Positions 36,394 through 46,086 of a stretch of DNA of 64,000 nucleotides are shown here, in pieces. This DNA comes from Gemmatimonadaceae bacterium (GTDB lineage Bacteria; Gemmatimonadota; Gemmatimonadetes; Gemmatimonadales; Gemmatimonadaceae). Numbering within the stretch: position 1 is the first letter of the stretch; each line of letters starts with the position of its first letter. The stretch is taken from positions 224,001 to 288,000 of the forward strand of contig JBJMOW010000002.1 of NCBI GenBank assembly GCA_045803545.1, in the 5' to 3' direction. Position numbers and translations under genes: made by a program. Under the pieces are notes generated by a model. It saw only the letters and a list, made by a program, of their open reading frames with translations. It searched no databases and was not told where the DNA came from.

Positions 36394-37752
36394 ATGTCGA
36401 AAAGCAATTTCTCGCGACGTGAGTTCATCGAGATGAGCGCGGCAGCAGCGGGCGGCTCGATTGGCGCGCGGACGATTTTCCTGAAACCGGAGTCCGAGCC
36501 CGCACGGAAGAAAGTCGCGCCCAGCGATACGGTGCGGTTCGGGATCATCGGCGTCGGCATGGAGGGATCGGGCCTGCTGGGGACGTCGATTCAGCTGCCC
36601 GGGGTCGAATGCGCGGGCGCCGCCGATCTCTATGACGGTCGACATACGCTCGCGCGCGAGATCGTGCGACCGGACCTGCCCGTAACTCGTCGCTATCGCG
36701 ATCTGCTGGACAACAAGAACATTGACGCGATCGTTGCCGCCGTTCCGGATCACTGGCATCGACAGGTCGTCATCGACTCCGTCAACGCAGGTAAAGACAT
36801 CTACTGCGAAAAGCCGATGTCGCACACCGCCGCCGACGGCGTCGCAATGGTCGATGCTGCCAAGAAGACCAATCGCATCGTTCAGATAGGATCCCAGCGA
36901 GTCAGTTCACAAGTCTGCGCCAAGGCGAAGGAGATCATCGCCTCGGGCGTGCTCGGCGATCTGATGCTGGCCGAAGGGTGGATGGGGCGCAACGATCCGT
37001 GCGGTGCCTGGCAATACCCGCCGCCGCTCGACCTGTCGCCCGCCAATCTCGATTGGGACACCTGGCAGGGAGACGTGACTCCGAAGGTGCCGTTCAATCC
37101 GTTGATCTTCGCGCGCTGGCGTTGCTGGAAGGAATACGGCACTGGCGTCGCGGGTGACCTGCTGGTGCATCTCATCAGCGGCATGATGTTCATGATGGGC
37201 ATCAATCAGCCGGCTCGTTTTGCAGCTGCCGTCGGTGGAATTCGGCACTGGAAAGACGGCCGCAACATGCCCGATGTTCACTCGGTGGTCTATTACTTCG
37301 GCGATCTACCCGTCTATATGCGGCTAAATCTTGCCTGTGAAATGGGCGAGACATACCGCATTCAGGGCTCGCGCGGGCTGCTCGAGGTCAACGGCCAGAG
37401 CGTCAGCTTCACCCCGCAGCTTGGCGTCGACACCTATCCCTGCTACTACGAGGGGAGCTTCCCGCGTGCGATGCGCGAACAGTACGAGAAGCAATGGCAC
37501 GCGGAAAACGACGAGAAGTTTGCAAAGATGCCGGCGCAGGAATCGATGACTTATCGAATGGCGGACAATTACGACGATTATCGTCCGCACCTGGCGAATT
37601 TCTTCGACGCAGTACGTACGCGAAAACCCGTAGTGGAGGATGTCGTGTTCGGCCACAACGCCGCGCTCGCCTGTCACATGGCGAACGAATCGTACTTCAG
37701 AAAGACGTCGGTGGTGTGGGACACAGGATCGCGAACAATCAGGAACGGCTAG
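36394..37752 (+). CDS. Gfo/Idh/MocA oxidoreductase, Tat-exported
   Basis: SRREFI signal; GIIGVG, PDHWH, YCEKPM, QIGSQR. Confidence 0.9.
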   Translation: MSKSNFSRREFIEMSAAAAGGSIGARTIFLKPESEPARKKVAPSDTVRFGIIGVGMEGSGLLGTSIQLPGVECAGAADLYDGRHTLAREIVRPDLPVTRRYRDLLDNKNIDAIVAAVPDHWHRQVVIDSVNAGKDIYCEKPMSHTAADGVAMVDAAKKTNRIVQIGSQRVSSQVCAKAKEIIASGVLGDLMLAEGWMGRNDPCGAWQYPPPLDLSPANLDWDTWQGDVTPKVPFNPLIFARWRCWKEYGTGVAGDLLVHLISGMMFMMGINQPARFAAAVGGIRHWKDGRNMPDVHSVVYYFGDLPVYMRLNLACEMGETYRIQGSRGLLEVNGQSVSFTPQLGVDTYPCYYEGSFPRAMREQYEKQWHAENDEKFAKMPAQESMTYRMADNYDDYRPHLANFFDAVRTRKPVVEDVVFGHNAALACHMANESYFRKTSVVWDTGSRTIRNG

Positions 37753-38213
37753 CGAACGAAGATCTCACTCCGCTGTCTGAGGCCGGCCGCTTCCATCATC
37801 AAGTAGCGGTCGGTGATCTGCGCGAAAACCCGTGCGAGGATGGTGCCGAGGAAACCACTGTAGGTCACCGACAGCTCGACGTGACTTCCTTGACCTGAAC
37901 GCTGCACTCGATGGTTCGCGCTGGCGACGATCCCGGGGCGCCGCATTACCCAGGTAAAGCTCCGCGATGGATCGAGCGCGGTGACTTCCCACACTGCGGC
38001 CAGGAATTTCGGTTGCTTGATCCGTACGCGGCTGCCAATACGTAGGGGGCCGGTGTCGAGACGCTGGACCTCATCGACGCTTTCCGTCCACTCGGGCCAG
38101 AGCTCGACGGCTGTCATCACTTCCCAAACGCGGTCGGGCGGCGCATCGATCTTGAGCGCGATCTGAAAACGTCGTGGGTGGTCGAGCTCGACGCGGCGGT
38201 TGGTGCGGCTCAC
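37749..38213 (-). CDS. SRPBCC family protein
   Basis: IDAPPDRVWEV...WPEW pattern, C-terminal helix. Confidence 0.8.
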   Translation of the reverse strand: MSRTNRRVELDHPRRFQIALKIDAPPDRVWEVMTAVELWPEWTESVDEVQRLDTGPLRIGSRVRIKQPKFLAAVWEVTALDPSRSFTWVMRRPGIVASANHRVQRSGQGSHVELSVTYSGFLGTILARVFAQITDRYLMMEAAGLRQRSEIFVR

Positions 38214-38231
38214 TGCTGCAGCGTCTAGGGT

Positions 38232-38465
38232 TTAGGCTCGCGCTCCCTCGTCCGACCGCCGCCCTCCCCGCTGCAGCAACCAGCCGAGTACGAACATCAC
38301 ACCACCGACGACTAGGAAGAAGGTCGCCACGGACATTTCAGTGGGGAATGAGCTGCGCCACATGCTGCTCGTGCGAGTAAAGATCGCAATGATCAGAATG
38401 GTGACGGCAAAGGAAAGAAAAATTCCGCCGACACCCATCAGTCCGGCTGAGAGGAATGATCGCAT
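38232..38465 (-). CDS. small membrane protein
   Basis: Two hydrophobic helices, 77 aa. Confidence 0.55.
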   Translation of the reverse strand: MRSFLSAGLMGVGGIFLSFAVTILIIAIFTRTSSMWRSSFPTEMSVATFFLVVGGVMFVLGWLLQRGGRRSDEGARA

Positions 38466-38501
38466 TGATTGCGGGTTAGATCGCGCGAAAGTTAACCGGT
38501 T

Positions 38502-39449
38502 CTATCGAGCGGGAGTGATCACGATGTTCCTGTACTCGACTGGCCCATGATCGCCTTGCAGGTAAATCGGTCCCGGCGCACCCTCGTAACTGTCGATTGC
38601 ACCGCCGGTCGGGCCCGGAATCTCACGATTGCAGATCACTTGCTTCCCATTGGCGACGACCGTGATCATGCGACCAATCAGCGTGATGTCGTAAGTCTGC
38701 CACTGTCCAGCGGGGAGCGCCGCGATCTCTGTCGGCGCGAGGAATCCGTAGACGCCGCTGAAACGATGCGAGTCTGGCTCCTGTCCGTAATCATCCTCGA
38801 TCTGCACTTCGTGGCGTCCGCGCAGATAAACGCCGCTGTTGCTTCCCTTCGGATAACGGAATTCGACGTGAAGCTTGAAATCGCCAAAGGTTCTTACCGT
38901 TCGCAAATTGACTCCCGACTTCGGGCTCGTCAGCACACCGTTCCGGACGAACCACTGATTGGTGACGCCCATCGGTTGCCAGCCATTCAGATCGTTGCGG
39001 TTGAGAAGATTGATCGGCGTACTCCACACCGGCTCGCGACTACGCGCCATACGCGGCGCGCGCACGCCCTGCCATCTCATAATGCTGTTGTCCGGAAAAA
39101 TCATCGTGCCAACAAGGCGATTGCCCTGCAGGCGGAACGATACGCGGAGGTCGCCATCACCACCTTCCCACTGATGCGGCACCGCGAAGTGCAGTGAGTC
39201 GCCTTGCGCGATGATCTGCGTAATCGGACGTGCGCTGCCGACGATTCCCACAATCCTACCCACCAATGCATCTCGGCCCGATGAATCGATCTCGATCCAC
39301 GACGGCGCCGTTCCCTGCGGCGTTGTAATCGTGATATCCCAGCGGCCGATCAGTCTTACGTCGCGCACTGGCCTGGGAAGGCGGTTCGCCTGCGCCACTG
39401 CCGTGCTCGAGGTGAGAACGGCAAGCATCAAAGCAAAGCAACGAGTCAT
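38502..39449 (-). CDS. DUF1080 (3-keto-disaccharide hydrolase family) protein, secreted
   Basis: DLNGW, FGDFKLHVEF, NSGVYLRG, EVQI, GPIYLQGDH, YRNI. Confidence 0.88.
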   Translation of the reverse strand: MTRCFALMLAVLTSSTAVAQANRLPRPVRDVRLIGRWDITITTPQGTAPSWIEIDSSGRDALVGRIVGIVGSARPITQIIAQGDSLHFAVPHQWEGGDGDLRVSFRLQGNRLVGTMIFPDNSIMRWQGVRAPRMARSREPVWSTPINLLNRNDLNGWQPMGVTNQWFVRNGVLTSPKSGVNLRTVRTFGDFKLHVEFRYPKGSNSGVYLRGRHEVQIEDDYGQEPDSHRFSGVYGFLAPTEIAALPAGQWQTYDITLIGRMITVVANGKQVICNREIPGPTGGAIDSYEGAPGPIYLQGDHGPVEYRNIVITPAR

Positions 39450-39465
39450 CGAGTGTATCTCCGAA

Positions 39466-40179
39466 TCAAGCGTGGCCAGCCCACGACGGCTTGCCATCGT
39501 AGGGAATGCAAGGGTCATAGCGACCGGGAGCTTCGGTGTAGCGCTGTGCCTGCGTCATTCCGATCTCGGATGTGAAATAGCCGAGGAGCGCCAATTCCTT
39601 CATCATGCCGAAGTATTTGCTCGGCGGCGCCTCGGTGATCTGCGTCGCCTTCACGCCCTGGGGTGTCGGCGGGTTCTGCTGGCGCTCAGCGAGGAACTCG
39701 TCTGACTTTCTCCGGGCTTCTGCCTTCATCTTCTCGGAGTAGTCGTACTGCTGCTTGTCGAGCGTCTGCAGCATTTCCAGCCGTTGCTGCGCCGTCGCTT
39801 CCATGAAGGTCTTGCCGTATTTGTCCTTCATCGCGTCGTTCAGCTTGCCCATGCCCTCGCGGAAGACCTTGTCGTCGTCAGCGCTGTAGGTGTCTCTCAC
39901 CATCAGCGCCATGAAGGCGCCCGTCTGCGCTGCTTTTGCGCCCGGTGTAGTCGTCGTCGGCAGAATGGTGTCGGCGATTTCGTCGAGGTAGGCGACCTCA
40001 TCGTTGGTGAAATTCGCGCCCACCTTGTATTCACGTCGACACGCCGTGACGAATGCGCCGCTGCCAAGCACCGCGACGCCACCGATCAGCGTCGTGATGC
40101 GGAAGACAGCTTCGCGGCGCGATATCAATTCGGGCGTATCGATGATTGCGATGTCGTTATCAGTCATTGATCGCTCCAA
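39466..40179 (-). CDS. gluconate 2-dehydrogenase subunit 3 family protein (Tat)
   Basis: SRREAV, IADTILP.T.TPGA, LGYFTSEIG, PGRYDPC. Confidence 0.85.
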   Translation of the reverse strand: MERSMTDNDIAIIDTPELISRREAVFRITTLIGGVAVLGSGAFVTACRREYKVGANFTNDEVAYLDEIADTILPTTTTPGAKAAQTGAFMALMVRDTYSADDDKVFREGMGKLNDAMKDKYGKTFMEATAQQRLEMLQTLDKQQYDYSEKMKAEARRKSDEFLAERQQNPPTPQGVKATQITEAPPSKYFGMMKELALLGYFTSEIGMTQAQRYTEAPGRYDPCIPYDGKPSWAGHA

Positions 40180-41859
40180 TTAAAGATTCTGGCGCTTTAA
40201 CTCATTGACCGCGAAGTCTGCTGCGCGGGCAGTGAGTGCCATATAGGTAAGCGAAGGATTTACGCAGGCCGCCGACGTCATGCACGAGCCGTCGGTGACG
40301 AACACATTCGGGGCATCCCAGACCTGATTGTGCGGGTTCAGCACTGAGGTCTTCGGATCGCGGCCCATGCGTGCCGTTCCCATCTCGTGGATGCCCATGC
40401 CCGGGAAATACCCGCCGTCGTACACCATCACGTCTTTCACACCGCAGGCGTTGAGCAACTCCGCCATGTCGACCTGCATGTCGCGCCGCATCGTGTTCTC
40501 GTTCTCGCGGATCATGCAATCGATCGCGATGACCGGCATGCCCCACGCGTCTGTCTTCGATTTGTCGATAGAAACCGTGTTGCGGTGATCCGGCAGCATC
40601 TCTCCGAACGCCGTCGCGCCGATGCTCCATTGACCCGGCATGGCCATCGAGTCCTTGAAGGCGCCTCCGACGCCGAGCTCCGCGACCGCACGGCCCCAAT
40701 CTTCACGACCGGCCCCGCCCTGGTAGCCGAATCCGCGCAGATATTGCCGCTTGTCACCAAAGAGATTGCGGTAGCGGGGGATGTAGAAGCCGTTGGGACG
40801 GCGACCGAAGTAGTACTTGTCGTCGAGACCTTCGAGCTTGCCCTGTGCGCCGACGCGGAAGTGGTGATCCATCAGGTTGTGGCCGAGCTCGCCAGAGCTA
40901 CTGCCGAGTCCGCCGGGCCAGATATTGTTGGCGGAACGAAGCAACAGCCACGTCGAGTTGATCGTCGACGCACACAGGAAGATGATCTTCGCCTTGTAAT
41001 CGGTGACCTGCTTGCTCTGCGCATCCATCACGCGCACGCCGGTCGCGCGCTTCTTGTCCTTGTCATAGATGACTTCGCTGACGATCGCAAACGGCTTGAG
41101 GGTCAGATTGCCGGTTTTCGCCGCGTGAGGCAGCGTCGATGACTGTGAGCTGAAGTACGCACCATAAGGGCAGCCGAGCCAGCACGCGTTGCGATACTGA
41201 CACTGCGTCCGGCCATCATGCGCCTGCGTCAGATTCGCAGAGCGGCCGGGAATGATCCGGCGATGCGGTCCAAAAATCTTGTTCGCTTTGTCGGCGACCA
41301 TCTGCTCGCCACAGTTGAGCGGCATTGCCGGCAGGAACTGACCATCGGGGAGCTGCGGCATTCCCTCGTGCGAGCCGTTGATGCCGGCGTGTTTTTCGAC
41401 GTAATCGTACCACGGCGACATCTCAGCGTAACGGACCGGCCAGTCGACGGCGACACCTTCCCTGGCGTTCGCTTCGAAATCGAGATCACTGTGGCGATAG
41501 CTCTGGCGTCCCCACATCAATGAGCGTCCGCCAACGTGATAGCCGCGGTACCAGTCGAAGCGCTTTACCTCGGTGTAAGGCGAATCCCTGTCGGATGCCC
41601 AATAGTCGAGATTGGTCTCGTTGAGCGGATAGTCGCGCTTGAGAACCGGATACTCCTCTTCCATCGCGCGGGTACGCCCGCCGCGATGCGGATACTGCCA
41701 CGGCGCTTTGGTCGCGTTTACGTAGCCCGTGATGTGTTCGATGTTCTTGCCTCGCTCGAGGCAGAGAACTTTAAGGCCTTTTTCCGTGAGCTCCTTACAG
41801 GCCCAGCCGCCGGAGATTCCGGACCCCACCACGATCGCATCGTACTCTGTGTTCTGCAT
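40180..41859 (-). CDS. GMC family FAD oxidoreductase (glycoside 3-dehydrogenase-like)
   Basis: GSGISGG, Cx5Cx3C (CQYRNACWLGC), LMDHH, IHEMGTARMG, NPSLTYMALTARA. Confidence 0.9.
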   Translation of the reverse strand: MQNTEYDAIVVGSGISGGWACKELTEKGLKVLCLERGKNIEHITGYVNATKAPWQYPHRGGRTRAMEEEYPVLKRDYPLNETNLDYWASDRDSPYTEVKRFDWYRGYHVGGRSLMWGRQSYRHSDLDFEANAREGVAVDWPVRYAEMSPWYDYVEKHAGINGSHEGMPQLPDGQFLPAMPLNCGEQMVADKANKIFGPHRRIIPGRSANLTQAHDGRTQCQYRNACWLGCPYGAYFSSQSSTLPHAAKTGNLTLKPFAIVSEVIYDKDKKRATGVRVMDAQSKQVTDYKAKIIFLCASTINSTWLLLRSANNIWPGGLGSSSGELGHNLMDHHFRVGAQGKLEGLDDKYYFGRRPNGFYIPRYRNLFGDKRQYLRGFGYQGGAGREDWGRAVAELGVGGAFKDSMAMPGQWSIGATAFGEMLPDHRNTVSIDKSKTDAWGMPVIAIDCMIRENENTMRRDMQVDMAELLNACGVKDVMVYDGGYFPGMGIHEMGTARMGRDPKTSVLNPHNQVWDAPNVFVTDGSCMTSAACVNPSLTYMALTARAADFAVNELKRQNL

Positions 41860-41893
41860 CAGCGCCTCTATGTAATGCGGAGTGCACGTGGAA

Positions 41894-41913
41894 TGTTGGT
41901 GACATCACCAACA
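41894..41913. promoter_or_regulatory. palindromic operator candidate
   Basis: TGTTGGTGA-CA-TCACCAACA perfect 9-2-9 palindrome 35 nt upstream of GMC start. Confidence 0.55.
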
Positions 41914-41973
41914 GATCGCGTCCGAATATGTGCGTTGGTATGGGCGCGACTCAAGAACCTTTCGAATCGGTGT

Positions 41974-42759
41974 TTACCCCAAACCGGCGGCCGCCTCACG
42001 ATCGGCAAGAATTTCTCCAGCGGCGAATTCATGTATCACCGTCGCCGGCCATTGGGGATCGTAACGCTCGGCTTTGAGAACCCGCGAGAGCGATTCTCTC
42101 TTGGCTGCCCCTGTCAGCACCATGACTCCAGCGCGCGCCGCGGTGATGGTCGCAATCCCCATACTTACACCGTGGCGCGGTACAGCATCGATCGAACCGA
42201 AAGCGGGAAAGGTCTGCAGATTGTCGCGTCGTGTTTGTTCGGAGAGCTCGACAATCCTCGTTCGACTTTCTCGTGGACTCGCCGGCGGATTGAACGCGAC
42301 GTGACCGTCCGATGCTCCGGAAGCGAGGACGAAGAAATCGATTCCGCCGGCTTCCTCGATCCGGGCCTCATACTGCTCCGGATCCACCGGATCGGGAAAC
42401 CACACGTTGCCTTCAGCCAACTGAAATTCTTTCGGTAAATGCTCGTTCCATCGTCGAATGATTTCATGGCGCGCGAAGTAATGACACGACCACGGCTTGT
42501 CTGCCGGCGCGTTCTCGCGTCTCTCAATCACATATTCGTCCATCATCGCCAACACGACGTGAGACAGGTCCTGGGGCGCCGTCGACAGGCGCCTGCCAAT
42601 CGCGCCGTAAATCGGCTTTGGAGTCCGGCCCGTCGGGCAGCCCAAGACGTACCGTCGCCCTTCGGCGCGCGCTCGATCGATCTCCGACAGCAACCGATTG
42701 CCGAGGACGGATCCGATTTCGTCCGCCGTTTCGATCACATTGAGGCGAGCTCTGGACAT
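41974..42759 (-). CDS. glucosamine-6-phosphate deaminase/isomerase family protein (NagB-like)
   Basis: LGCPTGRTP, MDEY, DGHVAFN, TRRDN, SMGIATI. Confidence 0.8.
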   Translation of the reverse strand: MSRARLNVIETADEIGSVLGNRLLSEIDRARAEGRRYVLGCPTGRTPKPIYGAIGRRLSTAPQDLSHVVLAMMDEYVIERRENAPADKPWSCHYFARHEIIRRWNEHLPKEFQLAEGNVWFPDPVDPEQYEARIEEAGGIDFFVLASGASDGHVAFNPPASPRESRTRIVELSEQTRRDNLQTFPAFGSIDAVPRHGVSMGIATITAARAGVMVLTGAAKRESLSRVLKAERYDPQWPATVIHEFAAGEILADREAAAGLG

Positions 42760-42765
42760 TCCTGG

Positions 42766-43452
42766 TTACGCTGCGAGGCGCGCCAGGCCGAGCGCGTCCA
42801 CAATCACGTGAGCGACAATGGTTGGCCACAGTCGACCAGTTCGAACGTAGTACCACGTCAGGACAATCGCGATTGGCAGGACGGAAACGAAGGCAAGGTT
42901 GCCCTGATAGAGATGCACCGACACTCTGAGTATGATGCTGACCGCACACGCAGCGGCGATCCCGAAACGCGATGTGACTGCGGGAATCGCGTAGCCGAGC
43001 CAGAGGAACTCTTCAAAGATTGGATTGATGAGAGAGGCGGCAACAACGACGGTCGGCGAGATGTGGCCGGTGAACTGACGCGCCTTGAGGAACGCCACCA
43101 TGTCGTGCACAAAAGCAGACGTCACCAGCACCGAGACGTATAGCGCGACGATCAACGCCACCCAAATCAGCAGCCCACGGACAATGTCCGGGCCCTCGGG
43201 CGCCGGTGTGATCGACAACGGATTCCAACCCCGCCGCAAGAGGAAGGGTAGAATGGCAGCGGTGATGGCGGCCTCCAGGCCAAGCGTCATCAGCAAACGC
43301 GCGTCGCTGAACACCACCGCTCCGTTGTGGAGCAAACGCCAGCGAACCGACGAGGAAAGAAAGAGAACAGTCGGGATTCCCAGTACGAGTGCGATCTCGC
43401 TCAGCGACGGACGCCGGGCGACCGACACGCGCGTTGCCGGCTCTTCCGTCAT
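42766..43452 (-). CDS. CPBP (Abi/CAAX) intramembrane glutamic endopeptidase
   Basis: PIFEEFLWLGY, HLYQG, IVAHVIVD. Confidence 0.8.
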   Translation of the reverse strand: MTEEPATRVSVARRPSLSEIALVLGIPTVLFLSSSVRWRLLHNGAVVFSDARLLMTLGLEAAITAAILPFLLRRGWNPLSITPAPEGPDIVRGLLIWVALIVALYVSVLVTSAFVHDMVAFLKARQFTGHISPTVVVAASLINPIFEEFLWLGYAIPAVTSRFGIAAACAVSIILRVSVHLYQGNLAFVSVLPIAIVLTWYYVRTGRLWPTIVAHVIVDALGLARLAA

Positions 43453-44355
43453 CTAATCATGAGCTGAAAGAGCAACGCTCGCCGCACCGACTATCCCTTC
43501 CCAGCCGTCGAACGTGGAGCACACGATCTCGACTCGATCGCGAAAGTCGTCACCGGCGCGCGCGTGAAAACTTGCTCGGGTAGGCTTGATGAGGGTGTCG
43601 CCTGCCGCCGCGAGCCCCCCGCCGATCACAACGCGCTCGGGAGAAAAGATCGGAGCGAGCGAAGCGAGCCCGAGTCCGATGAAATCTCCGATTGCCGCGA
43701 TCGCATCGCTAGCCGTCTTGTCGCCGTTGCGGGCGGCATTGATTACGTCGCGCGCTGCCCGACCATTCGCTCGCTCGGATAGCGCGGCGGAACACGCAAC
43801 CGCTTCCAGGCAACCGCGCGCGCCACAGGTGCATCGTCGTCCGCCGGGCTGGACGATTACATGACCGATATCACCCACACACTCGCCGGTGAACCGCAAA
43901 AGCTTTCCGGCGACGATAACCCCGCCACCGACGCCAGTCCCGAACACCATGCCCAGCAATCGGGTCGCACCTCTTCCCATCCCGAATCTGTATTCGGCGA
44001 CCGTGCTGGCATTGGAGTCGACTTCGAGCTGGCAATGCAGCTCGAACCTTTCCTCAAACGCTCGCCGCAGAGGAAAATCGCACAGCTCCCGCAGATTCGC
44101 GTTGGCGACCATCATCGTGTGCTCGCGATTCAGAAAGCCGGCGATCGATACACCGATCGCGACCACCTGATTTCGTTCGTCAGTCACTGCATCGAGCATT
44201 GGCCGCAGCTCGTTGGCGATCGCGTCAACGAGATGCTCTGGCTCGCTGCCCGTTTTCGTGGGAATGGTGGCGCGGCGAAAGATCCTTCCGTCTTCGCCAA
44301 CTATTCCGATTTTGGTGTTAGTCCCTCCGATGTCGACTGCACCCGCCAGTCGCAT
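43453..44355 (-). CDS. ROK family sugar kinase
   Basis: VDIGGT, GTGVGGG, CTCGARGCLE; no HTH. Confidence 0.88.
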   Translation of the reverse strand: MRLAGAVDIGGTNTKIGIVGEDGRIFRRATIPTKTGSEPEHLVDAIANELRPMLDAVTDERNQVVAIGVSIAGFLNREHTMMVANANLRELCDFPLRRAFEERFELHCQLEVDSNASTVAEYRFGMGRGATRLLGMVFGTGVGGGVIVAGKLLRFTGECVGDIGHVIVQPGGRRCTCGARGCLEAVACSAALSERANGRAARDVINAARNGDKTASDAIAAIGDFIGLGLASLAPIFSPERVVIGGGLAAAGDTLIKPTRASFHARAGDDFRDRVEIVCSTFDGWEGIVGAASVALSAHD

Positions 44356-45461
44356 TAAAGCGCAGCCTTCGCCAATTCCGGCTTTTTCCAGAGATCGATT
44401 GGCTTGACGATGCCCCTCGGTCGGAAAGGAAGGGTAATTTTTCTGCCGAGACCGGCAGACGCGTACGCGGCGTAGAGAATCTCCTGGACCACGCGTCCGG
44501 TCTCGCCATCCGAGATCGGCGTCTCTTTTCCCCTGACGCAGCGCGCGAAGTGACGCATCTCCTGCGGGAATCCGTAATTCCAGTGCTCCTCGAACACCGG
44601 ATACGTCCAGCCTTTCGTCGAGGAGGCTTTCTCGACCGCGTACCCGAAGCCGACTTCCGAGTAAGTCGGCAGTGCGTTGCCCATCAGCATGTCGGCGTAG
44701 GTCTGGCCCTTATCGCCAAAGACCTCAATGCTGTCGTCCATTCCGCCGGGTCGATTCCAGCTGCTCTCCACCATGCCGATCGCGCCATTCTCGAATTCCA
44801 TGATGGTGATCGCTTCATCTTCACCTTGAGAGCGTTCGCGATGGTGGATGTTCGCCATGTGCGAGTAGACGCTTTTGACTTTTTGCTTGCCGAGGAACCA
44901 CCAGCAGAAGGCGATGCCGTGGCAGCCGAGATCCATCAGTGCGCCGCCGCCGGATTTGTTGACGTCCCAGAACCAGTCGGAGTGCGGCCCGGAGTGTTTT
45001 TCGCCCTGTTTCACCAGGTGCACACGCCCAAACGCTCCTTCGTCCGCCATCTGCTTCGCTTTGACGTATTTAGGTGCGAAGAAGAGCTCTTCGGCGTACA
45101 GAAGTAGAACGCCTGCTTCCTTGCAGGCGTTGCTCATCGCGTCCGCTTCTTCGAGCGTGACGCAGAGTGGCTTTTCACAGACGACGTGCTTCCCGGCCTT
45201 GGCGGCGTCGATGGTGATCTGCGCGTGCAAGTTGTTGGGCGCCGTGATGGAAATCATCTCGACATTGTTGTCACGCAGCATCTCGCGATAATCGGAGTAT
45301 GCCCTCGCGATTCCGTGACGCTTCGCAAAGTCCTCCGCATTGCCTCTGGTCGGCGATGCCACCGCGACGACTTCCATTTCTTCTGGCATCGCCCTCACCG
45401 AAGCGGCAATGCAGTCGGCCTGAAAACGTGAGCCCACGATCCCGATTCTTACTTTCGACAT
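44355..45461 (-). CDS. Gfo/Idh/MocA oxidoreductase
   Basis: IGIVG, HVVCEKP, GGGALMDLGCH. Confidence 0.88.
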   Translation of the reverse strand: MSKVRIGIVGSRFQADCIAASVRAMPEEMEVVAVASPTRGNAEDFAKRHGIARAYSDYREMLRDNNVEMISITAPNNLHAQITIDAAKAGKHVVCEKPLCVTLEEADAMSNACKEAGVLLLYAEELFFAPKYVKAKQMADEGAFGRVHLVKQGEKHSGPHSDWFWDVNKSGGGALMDLGCHGIAFCWWFLGKQKVKSVYSHMANIHHRERSQGEDEAITIMEFENGAIGMVESSWNRPGGMDDSIEVFGDKGQTYADMLMGNALPTYSEVGFGYAVEKASSTKGWTYPVFEEHWNYGFPQEMRHFARCVRGKETPISDGETGRVVQEILYAAYASAGLGRKITLPFRPRGIVKPIDLWKKPELAKAAL

Positions 45462-45477
45462 CTTAGCGCCTCCCGCC

Positions 45478-46023
45478 TCACGCCCACGCGCGCTGGCCCG
45501 GCTGGAGGGGTACACAGCCGACCCATTTACCCGGCGTCATAATGTAGCGGAGCGCCTTGGTTGTGCCGATTTCCGAGGAGAAGTACGCCTGCAGCGATAA
45601 CTCGCGAAGCAGCGTGAAGTAATGCTCGCCATTCTTTGCCTTCGCCTCAGCGTCTATCCGACGAAGCCAATTCTCGCGATTCGCCTGCGACATCGAAGAG
45701 AAATGATCGCCTACCGTGCTCCTGAACTGTTTGAGCCCGTCGACGACGAGCTTCTGCTTGTCCGCCTCGTAGCAATCCGTCAGCAGCAGATTCATGACAG
45801 GCCCGACTCCGGCCGCCTTCGCTCCGGGAGATCCCGCCGTCGTCGGGAGCAGCGTGTCGGCTATTGTCTCCACCAAAGACTGATCATCCTCACTCAGCAG
45901 GGACGATCCCGCTTTTCCCGATTCGCGCCCGCACGCCGTCGTCACGCCCGCCGAGATCACAAGCACTCCGCCCAGCAGCAGGCCCGTCGTTCTTACAGCC
46001 TCGCGTCGATTCATCGGATGCAT
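45478..46023 (-). CDS. gluconate 2-dehydrogenase subunit 3 family protein (Tat)
   Basis: MNRREAV, IADTLLP..PGA, AYFSSEIG. Confidence 0.85.
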   Translation of the reverse strand: MHPMNRREAVRTTGLLLGGVLVISAGVTTACGRESGKAGSSLLSEDDQSLVETIADTLLPTTAGSPGAKAAGVGPVMNLLLTDCYEADKQKLVVDGLKQFRSTVGDHFSSMSQANRENWLRRIDAEAKAKNGEHYFTLLRELSLQAYFSSEIGTTKALRYIMTPGKWVGCVPLQPGQRAWA

Positions 46024-46086
46024 AACAATTCCCCGTCCTCAGTCAGTCAGCAATTGTCGCTGCCTTTGTTCACAGCCCGGTCGTTT

